Source of the DNA: an uncultured Nitrososphaerales archaeon
Lineage (GTDB): Archaea; Thermoproteota; Nitrososphaeria; Nitrososphaerales; Nitrososphaeraceae
Length of the DNA: 64,000 nucleotides
Direction: 5' to 3'
NCBI GenBank assembly: GCA_963695855.1
Contig: CAVOHZ010000010.1
Coordinates: forward strand, 1,741,657-1,805,656
Part shown: positions 33,088 to 42,970 of the stretch, in pieces
How positions within the stretch are numbered: position 1 is the first letter of the stretch
How the letters are laid out: each line of letters starts with the position of its first letter
Position numbers and translations under genes: made by a program
The notes under the pieces: generated by a model
What the model saw: only the letters and a program-made list of their open reading frames with translations
Told to the model about the DNA's origin: nothing
Database searches by the model: none

Positions 33088-33849
33088 CTAATTTGGTGGG
33101 AATCCAAATTCTGCTGCTAGACAATCTTCTAAGGCTTGTTGTCCTCCTACTCCTAAATCTAGCTGTGCTTGGTCTATAACATTTTGGACACCGTTTTCCA
33201 ATATACCACGTGTTGGTGCAAGATCAAGTACCTGACATAGTTCTGTTAAACTATGAACTACGAATACATTTGCTACTAAAGTTATAGATATTCCTGGATT
33301 CTCTAATGTGTCTATTAGATTTTGAGCATTCTGCGCTGGGTCAGGAGAATTAGCAATTGCAGTTATAAAGCATCCTTCACATCCCTCTATCTCTATAGGT
33401 GGTCGTTGTGGGAATTGAACCTTCAGTTGATCGTTGTCATTCACATTTACACATATGTTTACCAGGTTCCTGTCGAAGTTTATTTTATCGAATGCATTAC
33501 CATTCTGTGAATTTGCCGCGTTTGTTCCTTCTTCTCCTTCATCTGCTGCTGCTGTAGTAGCAAAATCGTCTTCAGGTATTTCGGTGATATCTACACCGTT
33601 TACATTTATGTTACTGTTCACACACTTTATTTTCTGTATATCTCCATGAGAACTCTTTTTTTCATGGTTATCATATCCGTATCTATTGTCGTCTTGGTAA
33701 TAGTTGCTATCATATCCGTACTGGTGGTCTCCGTACATTTGTGCACCTGCACTTGTAATTGTTGATGGGTTTAGAGCCAGTATACTTGTCGCTAGTATTG
33801 CTCCCAGTATAGAAGCAAAAACTATCATTCTGTTTTTATTATTGCTCAT
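33088..33849 (-). CDS. Secreted CVNSNINVNG-family protein
   Basis: Constant module plus CEGCF..ELC..DCL tail. Confidence 0.85.
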   Translation of the reverse strand: MSNNKNRMIVFASILGAILATSILALNPSTITSAGAQMYGDHQYGYDSNYYQDDNRYGYDNHEKKSSHGDIQKIKCVNSNINVNGVDITEIPEDDFATTAAADEGEEGTNAANSQNGNAFDKINFDRNLVNICVNVNDNDQLKVQFPQRPPIEIEGCEGCFITAIANSPDPAQNAQNLIDTLENPGISITLVANVFVVHSLTELCQVLDLAPTRGILENGVQNVIDQAQLDLGVGGQQALEDCLAAEFGFPPN

Positions 33850-33990
33850 TACCTTCTTAAATGCAAATTTATTATATCTAAGGTTAGAAGGAACGTTATC
33901 CGATTCTGTAATATTTCAAGATTCTGAATCATTGACTATAAGAAGAATAGCAATTGATTTACAAGTACAATATGAGGTATTGTAATAATA
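33850..33990 (-). promoter_or_regulatory. Conserved upstream element copy
   Basis: Matches 14432-14570. Confidence 0.7.
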
Positions 33991-34064
33991 TTATGTGTTG
34001 GATTATAGTAAGTTAATTAATTCAAAATAAATAAAAAAGAAAAAAAGAAATGAGGGAGTTTCTT

Positions 34065-34844
34065 CTAAAGACAAATTGGGGTAAGAGCACAATCTGGGTC
34101 TTCACAATCTATCATATCATCATCATCAATTCCATTATTACATATTTCTATTAGTTCTAATACTCCAACCCCTACTAGACAATCCACTGTTGACGTAACT
34201 TGCTCTGGAGTTATATCAGGGAGACCTCGTAAAGCGTTCACTACTGTTCCAGTTTCTATTGGGCCATTAGGGTTGTCTTGTAGAATTTGACATGTTTCTG
34301 TAAATGTATTTCCTAGACGAGAATTGGCCATAAAGAACTGTTCTTGTTCTGAATTTAGATTATCAGTAAAGCAATCTTCACATGTCTCTTCTTCTTCTGG
34401 CGGTGGTGGAGTAACTTTTACCTGTTCGTTGTCATTCACATTTACACATATATTTACTAGGTTTCTCTCGAAGTTTATTCTATCTGCAAGTCCGTTACCA
34501 TTTTGAGTATTTGCTCCTTCTGCTGTTCCCGCTTCATTTGCTGCTGCTGCAGTGGCAGTACTGTCTTGAGGTATTTGGGTAATATCTATACCGTTTACGT
34601 TTATGTTACTGTTCACACACTTTATTTTCTGTATATCTCCATGAGAACTCTTTTTTTGATGGTTATTGTCATAACCGTACCTATTGTCGTCTTGATAATA
34701 GTTATTATCATATCCGTATTGATTGTCGTACATTTGTGCACCTGCGTTTGTAATTGTTGATGGGTTTAGAGCGAGTATACCTGTTGCTAGTATTGCTCCC
34801 AGTATGGAAGCAAAAACTATAATTCTATTATTACTATTGCTCAT
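34065..34844 (-). CDS. Secreted CVNSNINVNG-family protein
   Basis: Constant module, CEDCF module and an EICNNGIDDDD.IDCEDPDC Cys/Asp motif. Confidence 0.85.
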   Translation of the reverse strand: MSNSNNRIIVFASILGAILATGILALNPSTITNAGAQMYDNQYGYDNNYYQDDNRYGYDNNHQKKSSHGDIQKIKCVNSNINVNGIDITQIPQDSTATAAAANEAGTAEGANTQNGNGLADRINFERNLVNICVNVNDNEQVKVTPPPPEEEETCEDCFTDNLNSEQEQFFMANSRLGNTFTETCQILQDNPNGPIETGTVVNALRGLPDITPEQVTSTVDCLVGVGVLELIEICNNGIDDDDMIDCEDPDCALTPICL

Positions 34845-34975
34845 TACATTGTTAAATGCGAATTTATTATATCTATGGTTAGAAGGAACATTATCTAATC
34901 TTGTATTGTTTCAAGATTCTGAATTATTGACTATAAGAAGAATACCAATTGATCTACAAGTACAATATGAGTTGT
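34845..34975 (-). promoter_or_regulatory. Conserved upstream element copy
   Basis: Matches 14432-14570. Confidence 0.7.
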
Positions 34976-35099
34976 TATAATAATCTCAAGAATTATATTT
35001 TGTTAGTTTGTTAGTTAATTAATTGCTAAGAATTGGTACAAAACAAAAAATAAAATAAAAAAGGGGGTTGCTCCTTTGACATGCTAATTCCCATTTATT

Positions 35100-35933
35100 T
35101 TAAGGTATCGGTGATGAGATTGTAATTGAATTTGTTGCTGTACAGGTCTGTGCTTCTCCCGCCGTTATTGTTCCTGTTGTTTGATCATTAGTAGGATTGA
35201 TGACTTCATCACAATCTCCTGTAAATGATATAATAAGATTGACTATGCGGGGGATTGGTTCGTCATGAGAGTCGTTAAAATCCTCGAATATCTCTCGTGC
35301 CTGCGTGATTATTTCTGTTACTTCATAATCACCTGGATTCAACGTTACGACTGTTCCAGTAGTAGAACCGGTAAATTGAGAAGATGGATTTGGATTGTTA
35401 CCAGTCACTTGGAAAAGAAAATCACTTTCATCTAACGTTGATAGTAGGTCTTCACAATCATTTGGAAATTCGTTTGATTCTTCTGTACACTCAATTTGTT
35501 TAGCAACCGTCAAAGTCGTTTCTGGCGGTGGACTAACTTTTACCTGTTCGTTATCATTCACATTCACACATACGTTTACAAGGTTTTTCTCGAAGTTTAT
35601 TTTATCAAAGCCATTTTCATTTTGTGCGTTTGCTGCCTCTGGACCCGCTCCCTCATTTGTTGCTGCTGCAGCAGTAGCAGTAGTGTCTTCAGGTATTTGT
35701 GTGATATCTACACCGTTTACATTTATGTTACTGTTAACACACTTTATTTTCTGGATATCTCCATGAGAACTCTTTTTTTTATGGTTATTATCATATCCGT
35801 ATCTGTTGTCGTCTTGGTTTCCGTACAATTCCGCTTGTGCGTTTTCTATCATCGTTGATGGGCTTAAAGCCATTAGACCTGCGGCCACTATCACTGCGAT
35901 AGAAGCCAGAACTATCTTTGTCTGATGGGTCAT
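35100..35933 (-). CDS. Secreted CVNSNINVNG-family protein with Ig-like module
   Basis: Constant module plus TLTVAK..GNNPNP..QTCTATN. Confidence 0.85.
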   Translation of the reverse strand: MTHQTKIVLASIAVIVAAGLMALSPSTMIENAQAELYGNQDDNRYGYDNNHKKKSSHGDIQKIKCVNSNINVNGVDITQIPEDTTATAAAATNEGAGPEAANAQNENGFDKINFEKNLVNVCVNVNDNEQVKVSPPPETTLTVAKQIECTEESNEFPNDCEDLLSTLDESDFLFQVTGNNPNPSSQFTGSTTGTVVTLNPGDYEVTEIITQAREIFEDFNDSHDEPIPRIVNLIISFTGDCDEVINPTNDQTTGTITAGEAQTCTATNSITISSPIP

Positions 35934-36065
35934 TACATTGTTAAATGCGAATTTATTATATCTATGGTTAGAAGGTACATTATCTAATCTTGTAATATTT
36001 CAAGATTTTGAATTATTGACTATAAGAAGAATAGAAAATGATGTTTAGGTAGAAAGTTAAAACTC
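35934..36065 (-). promoter_or_regulatory. Conserved upstream element copy
   Basis: Matches 15737-15870. Confidence 0.7.
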
Positions 36066-36174
36066 CTAGATAGAAAAAATCGTACGAGAACGACAAGTAA
36101 TATGGGTTGAGTAACAATTAGACTAATTAAATTTCGTTAAAAAAAAGAAATAGAGGGTGGTTGGAGTAGGTGTT

Positions 36175-36966
36175 TTACGCTGGAGGGAAAGTACCTACAT
36201 CTCTTAGACAATCAACAATCGCATCTATATCTGCCTGTTCTATACTAGCAATACTATCAAGTTCCGATCTAAGGGCTTGTTCATTTTTGAATTGGTCAAG
36301 TATTAAACAATATCCGTCAAGATTCCGTGATGGAAATCCTGCTAAGAACGTTGCTAGATCCGCTTCTTCTTGGTCGTCTAAGATACTTGTAAAGCAGTCT
36401 TGACATGTTTCTGGGGGTGGTGGGAATAGTACTGGTAATAATGCTTTTTCGAAACAGTCAAAGAGACCTATTACAACTCTATCGATATTTGTATTTGTTT
36501 GTAATAGTACAGCATCTTCTATTATTTTCAATGCATCTACAGGAGTTACTGTTTCAGTTACAAGAGAATCAAGAGCAAGTTCTAGGTTTTTACAGATATC
36601 AAATAGTTGTGCGGTATTATACTCAGCGTTAGGTGATCCGGTCGTTAAACATGTTGCTCCCGAAACTGTTGATGTGGTATCATCTACACAATTAATACTA
36701 TCAAAATTAACAAAATTTATTGCATTAATCAATGCATTAAGAAGGGTACCTGTTTGTGCAGCATTCAAGAAATGTAACCAATACTTTACACATTCTTCAC
36801 ATATTATTTGTTCATCCGTTAACTCAGGTGGAAGTACTGTGGGGGGATCTGCTGAAGCTTGATTAGTGGATACCTGCATTGCCGATATCGGCTTTGACAT
36901 GTTCATGGTAGTTGCCAAAAAAAGCATAACTACTAGAGAGAGACCTAAGATATTTGATTTGTGCAT
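36175..36966 (-). CDS. Secreted Cys-rich protein with two CxxC helical modules, lacking the constant module
   Basis: Signal peptide; CEECV..DIC..DCF and CQDCF..YC..DCL. Confidence 0.8.
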   Translation of the reverse strand: MHKSNILGLSLVVMLFLATTMNMSKPISAMQVSTNQASADPPTVLPPELTDEQIICEECVKYWLHFLNAAQTGTLLNALINAINFVNFDSINCVDDTTSTVSGATCLTTGSPNAEYNTAQLFDICKNLELALDSLVTETVTPVDALKIIEDAVLLQTNTNIDRVVIGLFDCFEKALLPVLFPPPPETCQDCFTSILDDQEEADLATFLAGFPSRNLDGYCLILDQFKNEQALRSELDSIASIEQADIDAIVDCLRDVGTFPPA

Positions 36967-37187
36967 TGTTCTATTACTATCTTATATATATATTAATCTA
37001 GGGACACATTTTTCTCTAAATTTATGACAAAAATTATTTTCAGTCAGTTACTATAAAATAATTAAGAATATAATATAATAGAAATCTTATAAAAAGATTA
37101 AAGTTTAGATATTTCTAGTATTTTCATTAATTAAATTAATTACTAATATACTAAAAAAGAAAAAAGAGGTTTAGGTTTCTACCTATA

Positions 37188-37901
37188 TTACGCTGGCTCT
37201 ACAATTATTCCCAAATCTTCCAAGCATTGTAGGATGATGTCTCGGTCCTGTTGAGATACACCTTGACTATTTAGTGTGGTGTTTAACAATTGCCATTTCT
37301 CGGTAGATGATATTGCTGTGGATGTCTCTAGAAATTCACAAAGATCTGCAAGTGTATTTATATCTATTTCTTCTCCTGTAGCAGAATCAACAGTCTGATC
37401 AAAAATCATCAAGAAGCCTTCAAGATCTTCCTCACTTAGAATTGAAAAACAGTTTTCACATGCTTGATCTTCTTCTGGAGCAATAGTCTTTATCTGGTTG
37501 TTGTCATTCACATTTACACATATATTTACTAGGTTTTTATCGAAGTTTATTTTATCAAGTCCGTTACCATTCTCTGAATTTGATGCGTCTGTTGCTCCAG
37601 CTCCTTCATTTGTTGTTGCTAGGGCACTAGAGCCTTGAGGTATTTCTGTAATATCTATACCATTTACGTTTATGTTACTGTTTACACACTTTATTTTCTG
37701 GATATCTGTATGAGAACTCTTTGAATCTTTTTTATCATAACTATATCTATTGTCGTCTTGGTAATAGTTATTGTCGTGCCTGTATTGATTGTCGTACATT
37801 TGTGCCTGTGCATTTCCTACCATTGATGGATTTAGAGCCAGTAGACCTGCGGCTACTATCACGGTGATAGAAACCAGAACTGTCTTTGTCTGATGGGTAA
37901 T
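37188..37901 (-). CDS. Secreted CVNSNINVNG-family protein with ATT in place of the start ATG
   Basis: Homologous start reads ATT ACC CAT CAG; the frame is otherwise intact, with a CENCF module. Confidence 0.75.
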   Translation of the reverse strand: MTHQTKTVLVSITVIVAAGLLALNPSMVGNAQAQMYDNQYRHDNNYYQDDNRYSYDKKDSKSSHTDIQKIKCVNSNINVNGIDITEIPQGSSALATTNEGAGATDASNSENGNGLDKINFDKNLVNICVNVNDNNQIKTIAPEEDQACENCFSILSEEDLEGFLMIFDQTVDSATGEEIDINTLADLCEFLETSTAISSTEKWQLLNTTLNSQGVSQQDRDIILQCLEDLGIIVEPA

Positions 37902-38050
37902 TACACTGTTAAATACGAATTTAATATATCCAAGGTTAGAAGGAACATTATCTAATCTTGTAATATTTTATCATGCTGAATTATTGACTATAAGAAGAAT
38001 AGAAAATCATGTTAAGGTATAAAGTGAAATCCTAGTACTGCAGCAAGTAA
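37902..38050 (-). promoter_or_regulatory. Conserved upstream element copy
   Basis: Matches 15737-15870. Confidence 0.7.
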
Positions 38051-38131
38051 CTAAAAATATTTATCCTAACCCTTTCTTATTTCAATCGTTGTTATGTTAG
38101 GGGAACCAGAAAACTAAATAGTCTTCATAAA

Positions 38132-38311
38132 GTGGACCAGGTTAGGGTTATTCAATTAAACGAACAGACATACCAGAGATTAAGGAATCATTTTAATGAA
38201 TTTCACTGCGGACCAGAAGACTTACGCAATAATAAAGTTACTACCTATGACGACATAATTATCAAGATATTAGACTTCGAAGAAAAAAATCGAGATAAGT
38301 CTTATTATTAG
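38132..38311 (+). CDS. Small RHH/antitoxin-like protein, absent from the ORF track
   Basis: Manual translation ..VIQLNEQTYQRLRNH..TYDDIIIKILDFEEKNRDKSYY; start uncertain. Confidence 0.6.
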   Translation: MDQVRVIQLNEQTYQRLRNHFNEFHCGPEDLRNNKVTTYDDIIIKILDFEEKNRDKSYY

Positions 38312-38675
38312 TTACCAAAAAAGTTCTCTATCCTTGAACACTTAAATACGAACACTTAAATAACTGTAATGGTATATTATAATTAACACTAAAATCTCTA
38401 TAATGTATTTTTGCGGCACTAACCTTATTAAATCTAATGCAGAGAGAAAAAAAGAAGTATATGACATAACCTATGGAGAATCTTCACGCCCATTTAGTGG
38501 ATAACTTTCACGAACAAAATAATTGTAAGTGTTATAACAGTAGTAAATAAATAAAAAGTAGGTTATAACGTATAACCTTTGTAGTTTTTATTATCCGGTT
38601 TCTCTAATGTAGGAACCTTGACGATATTATCAGAAGACTACTGGATTTTTATGATAGTAAGGGGAAATCACAGAA

Positions 38676-39164
38676 ATGACTACTAGAGACGACGACAATA
38701 ATAACAATAACGATGAAGAACGTAAGGTAATTCTGGATGAAGAAGGTCAGGTAATAATTCTGGACCCTAAGCGTAATAAGATAATTGAATTTGTATTCGA
38801 ACAGGGCGGTAAGGAAGGTAGTAGAAGAATATACATTGATGAAAAATGTCGTTGGTATTGTATAGCCGCTTCTCTGAAAGATGCGAAAGAAGGTAGGGGT
38901 AAATTCTATAAATATACTGATTTAGGCAGAAAATTATTGTTGGAAGTTTTCGCTGAATTAGATAAAACAGGTCATTTTAATGATAAAGCGATCTATAAAT
39001 ATACTGATTTAGGCAGAAAATTATTGTTGGAAGTTTTCGCTGAATTAGATAAAACAGGTCATTTTAATGATAAAGCGATAGAAGAAGATTACTTCTCTGA
39101 TATTGTGGTTAGAAAGTGTATTGATATGATCAAAATCAAAAAGGACCTATCAGATCTTAAATAA
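38676..39164 (+). CDS. Hypothetical protein with an exact 87-bp internal duplication
   Basis: YKYTDLGRKLLLEVFAELDKTGHFNDKAI twice (38905-39079). Confidence 0.65.
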   Translation: MTTRDDDNNNNNDEERKVILDEEGQVIILDPKRNKIIEFVFEQGGKEGSRRIYIDEKCRWYCIAASLKDAKEGRGKFYKYTDLGRKLLLEVFAELDKTGHFNDKAIYKYTDLGRKLLLEVFAELDKTGHFNDKAIEEDYFSDIVVRKCIDMIKIKKDLSDLK

Positions 39165-39289
39165 AATTTCAATTTTATTAAATATTTAATATTTTTTTAT
39201 ATGCAATATAATTTTTTAAATAGACTTTTATTCTAATCTTCTTTTATTTTCTTTGTATGGATGGTGGTGGTCCGTTACGTGGTGGCTGA

Positions 39290-39487
39290 TTGGGTAGAGT
39301 TGTAGGGGAAACAAAAGAAGGGAAATTAATTCAGATAGAAAATGAGACTTTTGAAAGGTTAAAACAACATAACCGACATTATAATCATGATGATGGGAAT
39401 GTTAGTTCATTTGACGATATTATTGTTAGAATGCTAGATTTCTACGAAGAGAATGAGAAAAATAATGAAAGATGTTATTATTTATGA
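39290..39487 (+). CDS. Small RHH/antitoxin-like protein
   Basis: LIQIENETFERLK..SFDDIIVRMLDFYE. Confidence 0.65.
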   Translation: MGRVVGETKEGKLIQIENETFERLKQHNRHYNHDDGNVSSFDDIIVRMLDFYEENEKNNERCYYL

Positions 39488-39623
39488 TTATTATTATATC
39501 CATTATTCAATATCTTGAAAGGATTGAGACAGTAGAAAATTTTATTTAGGACAAAAATGGAAACTAAAAAATAGAAATAAGAATAGTCAAAATCTTTTTT
39601 ACAGAGGTGACTATCCTTATCTT

Positions 39624-39956
39624 ATGGGTAAGATATTAGAAAGTTATTTAACACGAAATAAAAAAGCATTGTTAGGTATCTTTTCAGTAGTTATACTAAC
39701 AATTTTTTTGGCTCCGAAAAGTTATAGTCAAGACTGGTCAAATGATGCAAGAAAAGCACAAACATCATTAGTAGACCAGATGAAATATCTATGTATAAAG
39801 CTGGATGAACTTTATTCAGAACTTGATCCGGATGAACTTAAAGAGGAATTGGAGGAAATGGAGGAAAAGGATATAAAACAAAAAGCAGAATGTGATAATA
39901 TATTGAAATCTGTAGATTCTTTTGAAAAGAAAGCAATACTCAAGAGATACGAATAG
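39624..39956 (+). CDS. Small secreted helical protein
   Basis: Signal-like N-terminus, acidic body, two Cys. Confidence 0.6.
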   Translation: MGKILESYLTRNKKALLGIFSVVILTIFLAPKSYSQDWSNDARKAQTSLVDQMKYLCIKLDELYSELDPDELKEELEEMEEKDIKQKAECDNILKSVDSFEKKAILKRYE

Positions 39957-40441
39957 TCGATTAGATTTGCATTCCTACATTTGCAAGCGCTGTCTTTTCT
40001 ACAAAGCGTTGGATAACTCTTCCGTCTAGAACGACTGTTATATTATTTACTATGTCTCGATCCACCACCGGCAAAAGAAGATACTTTTGATCCTGTATGA
40101 TTTAATGTACCCCTAGTTAAAGGCATAACAGTCACTAATTCAAATTTAGATTCATAGAAAAAAAATTAATAATTAATTAAAAAAGGTGGATGGATTAAGC
40201 CATCCATTGGAATCATAAATTTGATATAGAAATATTAAATAAACAAAGTAGTAACAAAAGAAGGAAGAACAGCACACTTTCTACTCCTTACTTTGAACTA
40301 CGCAAATGGTGCCTATTCATCTCACTATGATAATCATATTGAAAAATTAGGTATATAATATATCATGGTAACCTTTATGTACACTTAAATACTATCTATT
40401 AGTTTTTAGATTTAATGTTAGAACTTAGAACCAAATCTTGA

Positions 40442-40592
40442 AAATAAGGTAGAAGAGCTTTTAGTCACTCAGTCTCAAGAACCTGCTGATGGAGGCGAAG
40501 GTAGTGGTGATGATTTAGTAAATAAGGTAGAAGAGCTTTTAGTCACTCAGTCTCAAGAACCTGCTGATGGAGGCAATGGTAGTGGTGATGAT
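40442..40592 (+). repeat. 78-bp tandem repeat in a frameshifted acidic ORF
   Basis: NKVEELLVTQSQEPADGG(E/N)GSGDD twice. Confidence 0.75.
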
Positions 40593-40822
40593 GATGATGA
40601 TGATGAAACAGCAGAACCGCCAGAAAATCCTGCTTGAGATTCCTATCAATAAGGTGCAAGAATATGCTTAGTTTACTATTAAGGCCTACAATATAAATTC
40701 CATATTTTGTTATTCCAAATACAATAGTTTGATCATCTAAAACATGTTAGCATATTTTTATTGGAGTTCATTACTAAGAAATAAAAACTCTTCATTTCTC
40801 TTCTATTCTATTTTTTTACTAA

Positions 40823-41005
40823 TTAAATAACACAATCATTAACACTTTCAAAGCTCTCCCGTGCTAAAGTATATAATCCTAAAGCATGAGAAAGATTTCC
40901 ATTATTTTTTAAAAGTATCAATGCGTCCTCTGCAAGCGTATTGGCTTTTTTAAGACAAAGTTCTATTCCTACATCTATAGCAGAGACAGTAAGGTATAGA
41001 CACAT
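40823..41005 (-). pseudogene. AbiV-like abortive-infection protein fragment
   Basis: GIELCLKKANTLAEDALILL..SHALGLYTLARE; ends before the expected EE.GK. Confidence 0.55.
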
Positions 41006-41048
41006 AACATAATGAAGAATATGTTAAGAAATTATATTCTTTGTCTAC

Positions 41049-41369
41049 TTACCTAGCGTGTCTCTGACCTATAAAAATAGGATAGTGTAAATCTTCCGGA
41101 ATCTCTAGCGAATTAATTAATTGTCTGAGAGGTGCAGTTAACAAACTTGAATTATTATTATCATAGACATTTTCTTTCTGTTGAAGAGGGAGGTATCCAA
41201 TTCCAAACTTCTTGCAAATATTATTGATATGTAATTCTAACTCGTCACATAGAGCAGGTTCCCTAGTTCCAAAAATTTCATATCGATATACACCATTCTC
41301 ATGCATAGAAGGAGCACAAAACATGGTATGTCTTTCACATTTCACTTCAATTGCTGGAATCTCATTCAA
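41049..41369 (-). pseudogene. Prim-Pol (bifunctional primase-polymerase) fragment
   Basis: IEVK..TMFCAPSMHENG..YE resembles the Prim-Pol motif III region; motifs I and II are missing. Confidence 0.55.
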
Positions 41370-41668
41370 TGTTTCTAATCTGGTCTTATCTGGATTTCTG
41401 CCTTTTCCAGGTCGTTCAGGGTTCTAATAGATTGTTTTGCGTAATAGTCTGATTCAGTAGTCGATCTAGTTTCAGTGCTTGAATTTGGCGTACTAGAACT
41501 GAAACATTTTTGAATGAGCTATTACCTCTGGTATTTTTATTCTCATGTTTTCCTTACATATATTTGGTTGTCCGGAGTAATTTATAAAAAAACCAACGAA
41601 TTTTTGTTTGCATTCTGTTCGTCAGTGTTGCAAGGTACTCATAATTTTTAAATAGCACTATAAGTAGC

Positions 41669-42514
41669 GTGTTATTAATGTTACATAATTTTGTTTCATT
41701 AGTTGTTGTTGTTGTTGTTGTTGTTGCATCAATCTTTCTAGTTATTATAGTAACCTCTAATCATATATCTGCACAACCTATGAGTACCTTACAACAGAAT
41801 ATTAATGCAATCTATGCAGTAAGCATAGTTCCTGGTGCAGCAGAAAAAAATAATACTTATCATTACTATCCACCATTTATTGCTGTACCTCTGGGAACGA
41901 CTGTTGCTTGGTTCAACAGCGATTATGGACAGCCGCATACTGTAACTAGCGTTGCTATAGGCGATGCTCCTTCTGGTTCTATATTTAACTCTGGTATTAT
42001 GCCTGCAACTGCTAATTCATTCTTTCAATATACGTTTTCAAAAACTGGAGATATTCTATACCACTGTGAAATTCATCCATGGCGACTAGGAAAGGTCTCT
42101 ACAAATAACGTATATGAAATAGGACATAATTTTCAAATTTCTTATGGTGCAGGGGCTTCATGGGATTTAACAAAGTATCCTAGGTCACTTATGATTATCA
42201 AACCAACTACTGTTCCCCTAGATAAAAAAACTGCAATTTCCTATAATATTACTATCCAGGATAGCGAAGCTAAAACATTATTCTCAAATAACTATAATAC
42301 AATAGGGGATAGTCTCCCGATAGAATTAATCTCTGGTGGGAATGAAACGAGTTCATATGGTCCAGATTTTAGTAGTACTGGTGCATATCATGTTCTAGCA
42401 GGATTTCTAGAGAACGGTAAAGCCTATAAAATGACATCTGAAATTAGTTCTATAAATTACCAAAAACCAGATTCTAGAATAATAGACGAGTTTATTTTTA
42501 AAACCGTCTCTTAA
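41669..42514 (+). CDS. Secreted cupredoxin-domain protein
   Basis: GTTVAWFN.D..PHTVT, FNSG, YHCEIHPW. Confidence 0.85.
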   Translation: MLLMLHNFVSLVVVVVVVVASIFLVIIVTSNHISAQPMSTLQQNINAIYAVSIVPGAAEKNNTYHYYPPFIAVPLGTTVAWFNSDYGQPHTVTSVAIGDAPSGSIFNSGIMPATANSFFQYTFSKTGDILYHCEIHPWRLGKVSTNNVYEIGHNFQISYGAGASWDLTKYPRSLMIIKPTTVPLDKKTAISYNITIQDSEAKTLFSNNYNTIGDSLPIELISGGNETSSYGPDFSSTGAYHVLAGFLENGKAYKMTSEISSINYQKPDSRIIDEFIFKTVS

Positions 42515-42614
42515 TATTTTTATTTTATCTATCTATATCGTTGGTTATATCATTTCTTCTGCAAAATAATACAATCACGTTAAAATATTTTTAAATGCTT
42601 TACATGCTAATTAG

Positions 42615-42930
42615 TTGAGGCCGGGTCATAATTATTCCATTTTCATAACGAATAAAATGATTGATGTAGGGATTACTATGAATGAACCTGTGGAAACGGG
42701 CTCTGAAATTTATGCTTGTGTCATTCAATTAGGAAGCAGTAGTTCTATTGAATGTAATATAGCATATGCAAGTGCTACAGCATCAGGAGAACCACAAAGG
42801 GGACCCAGATTCAAAAGACATGAGCAATTCATTAAATATTACAATAATAAAAGAGTACATATGTCATTGAACTAGATGACATCAAAACAAGTGTATTCTA
42901 GTAGGAGAGGTGTAACACATGTGGTGGGAT
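42615..42930 (+). pseudogene. Hypothetical fragment fused to an IS3-type transposase C-terminus
   Basis: Ends FIKYYNNKRVHMSLN*, the YN..R.H.SL signature. Confidence 0.55.
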
Positions 42931-42970
42931 AGTATACCTACATTTTGCTTAACTTAATAGAACCCTATAT

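Noticed and set aside
13959-35858. Recurrent plus-strand ORFs with FTFTHMFTRFLSKFILS, and 19015..19611
   Set aside because: Antisense shadows of the conserved secreted-family module and of the YDP-repeat gene
33088-38050. CRISPR array, integron or DGR explanation for the repeated cassettes
   Set aside because: Repeats are gene-sized or promoter-located; no cas or reverse transcriptase gene, no attC-like palindromes, and no adenine-specific template/variable pair seen
41702-41726. (GTT)n microsatellite as a phase-variation switch
   Set aside because: An in-frame triplet repeat that only lengthens the poly-Val signal segment
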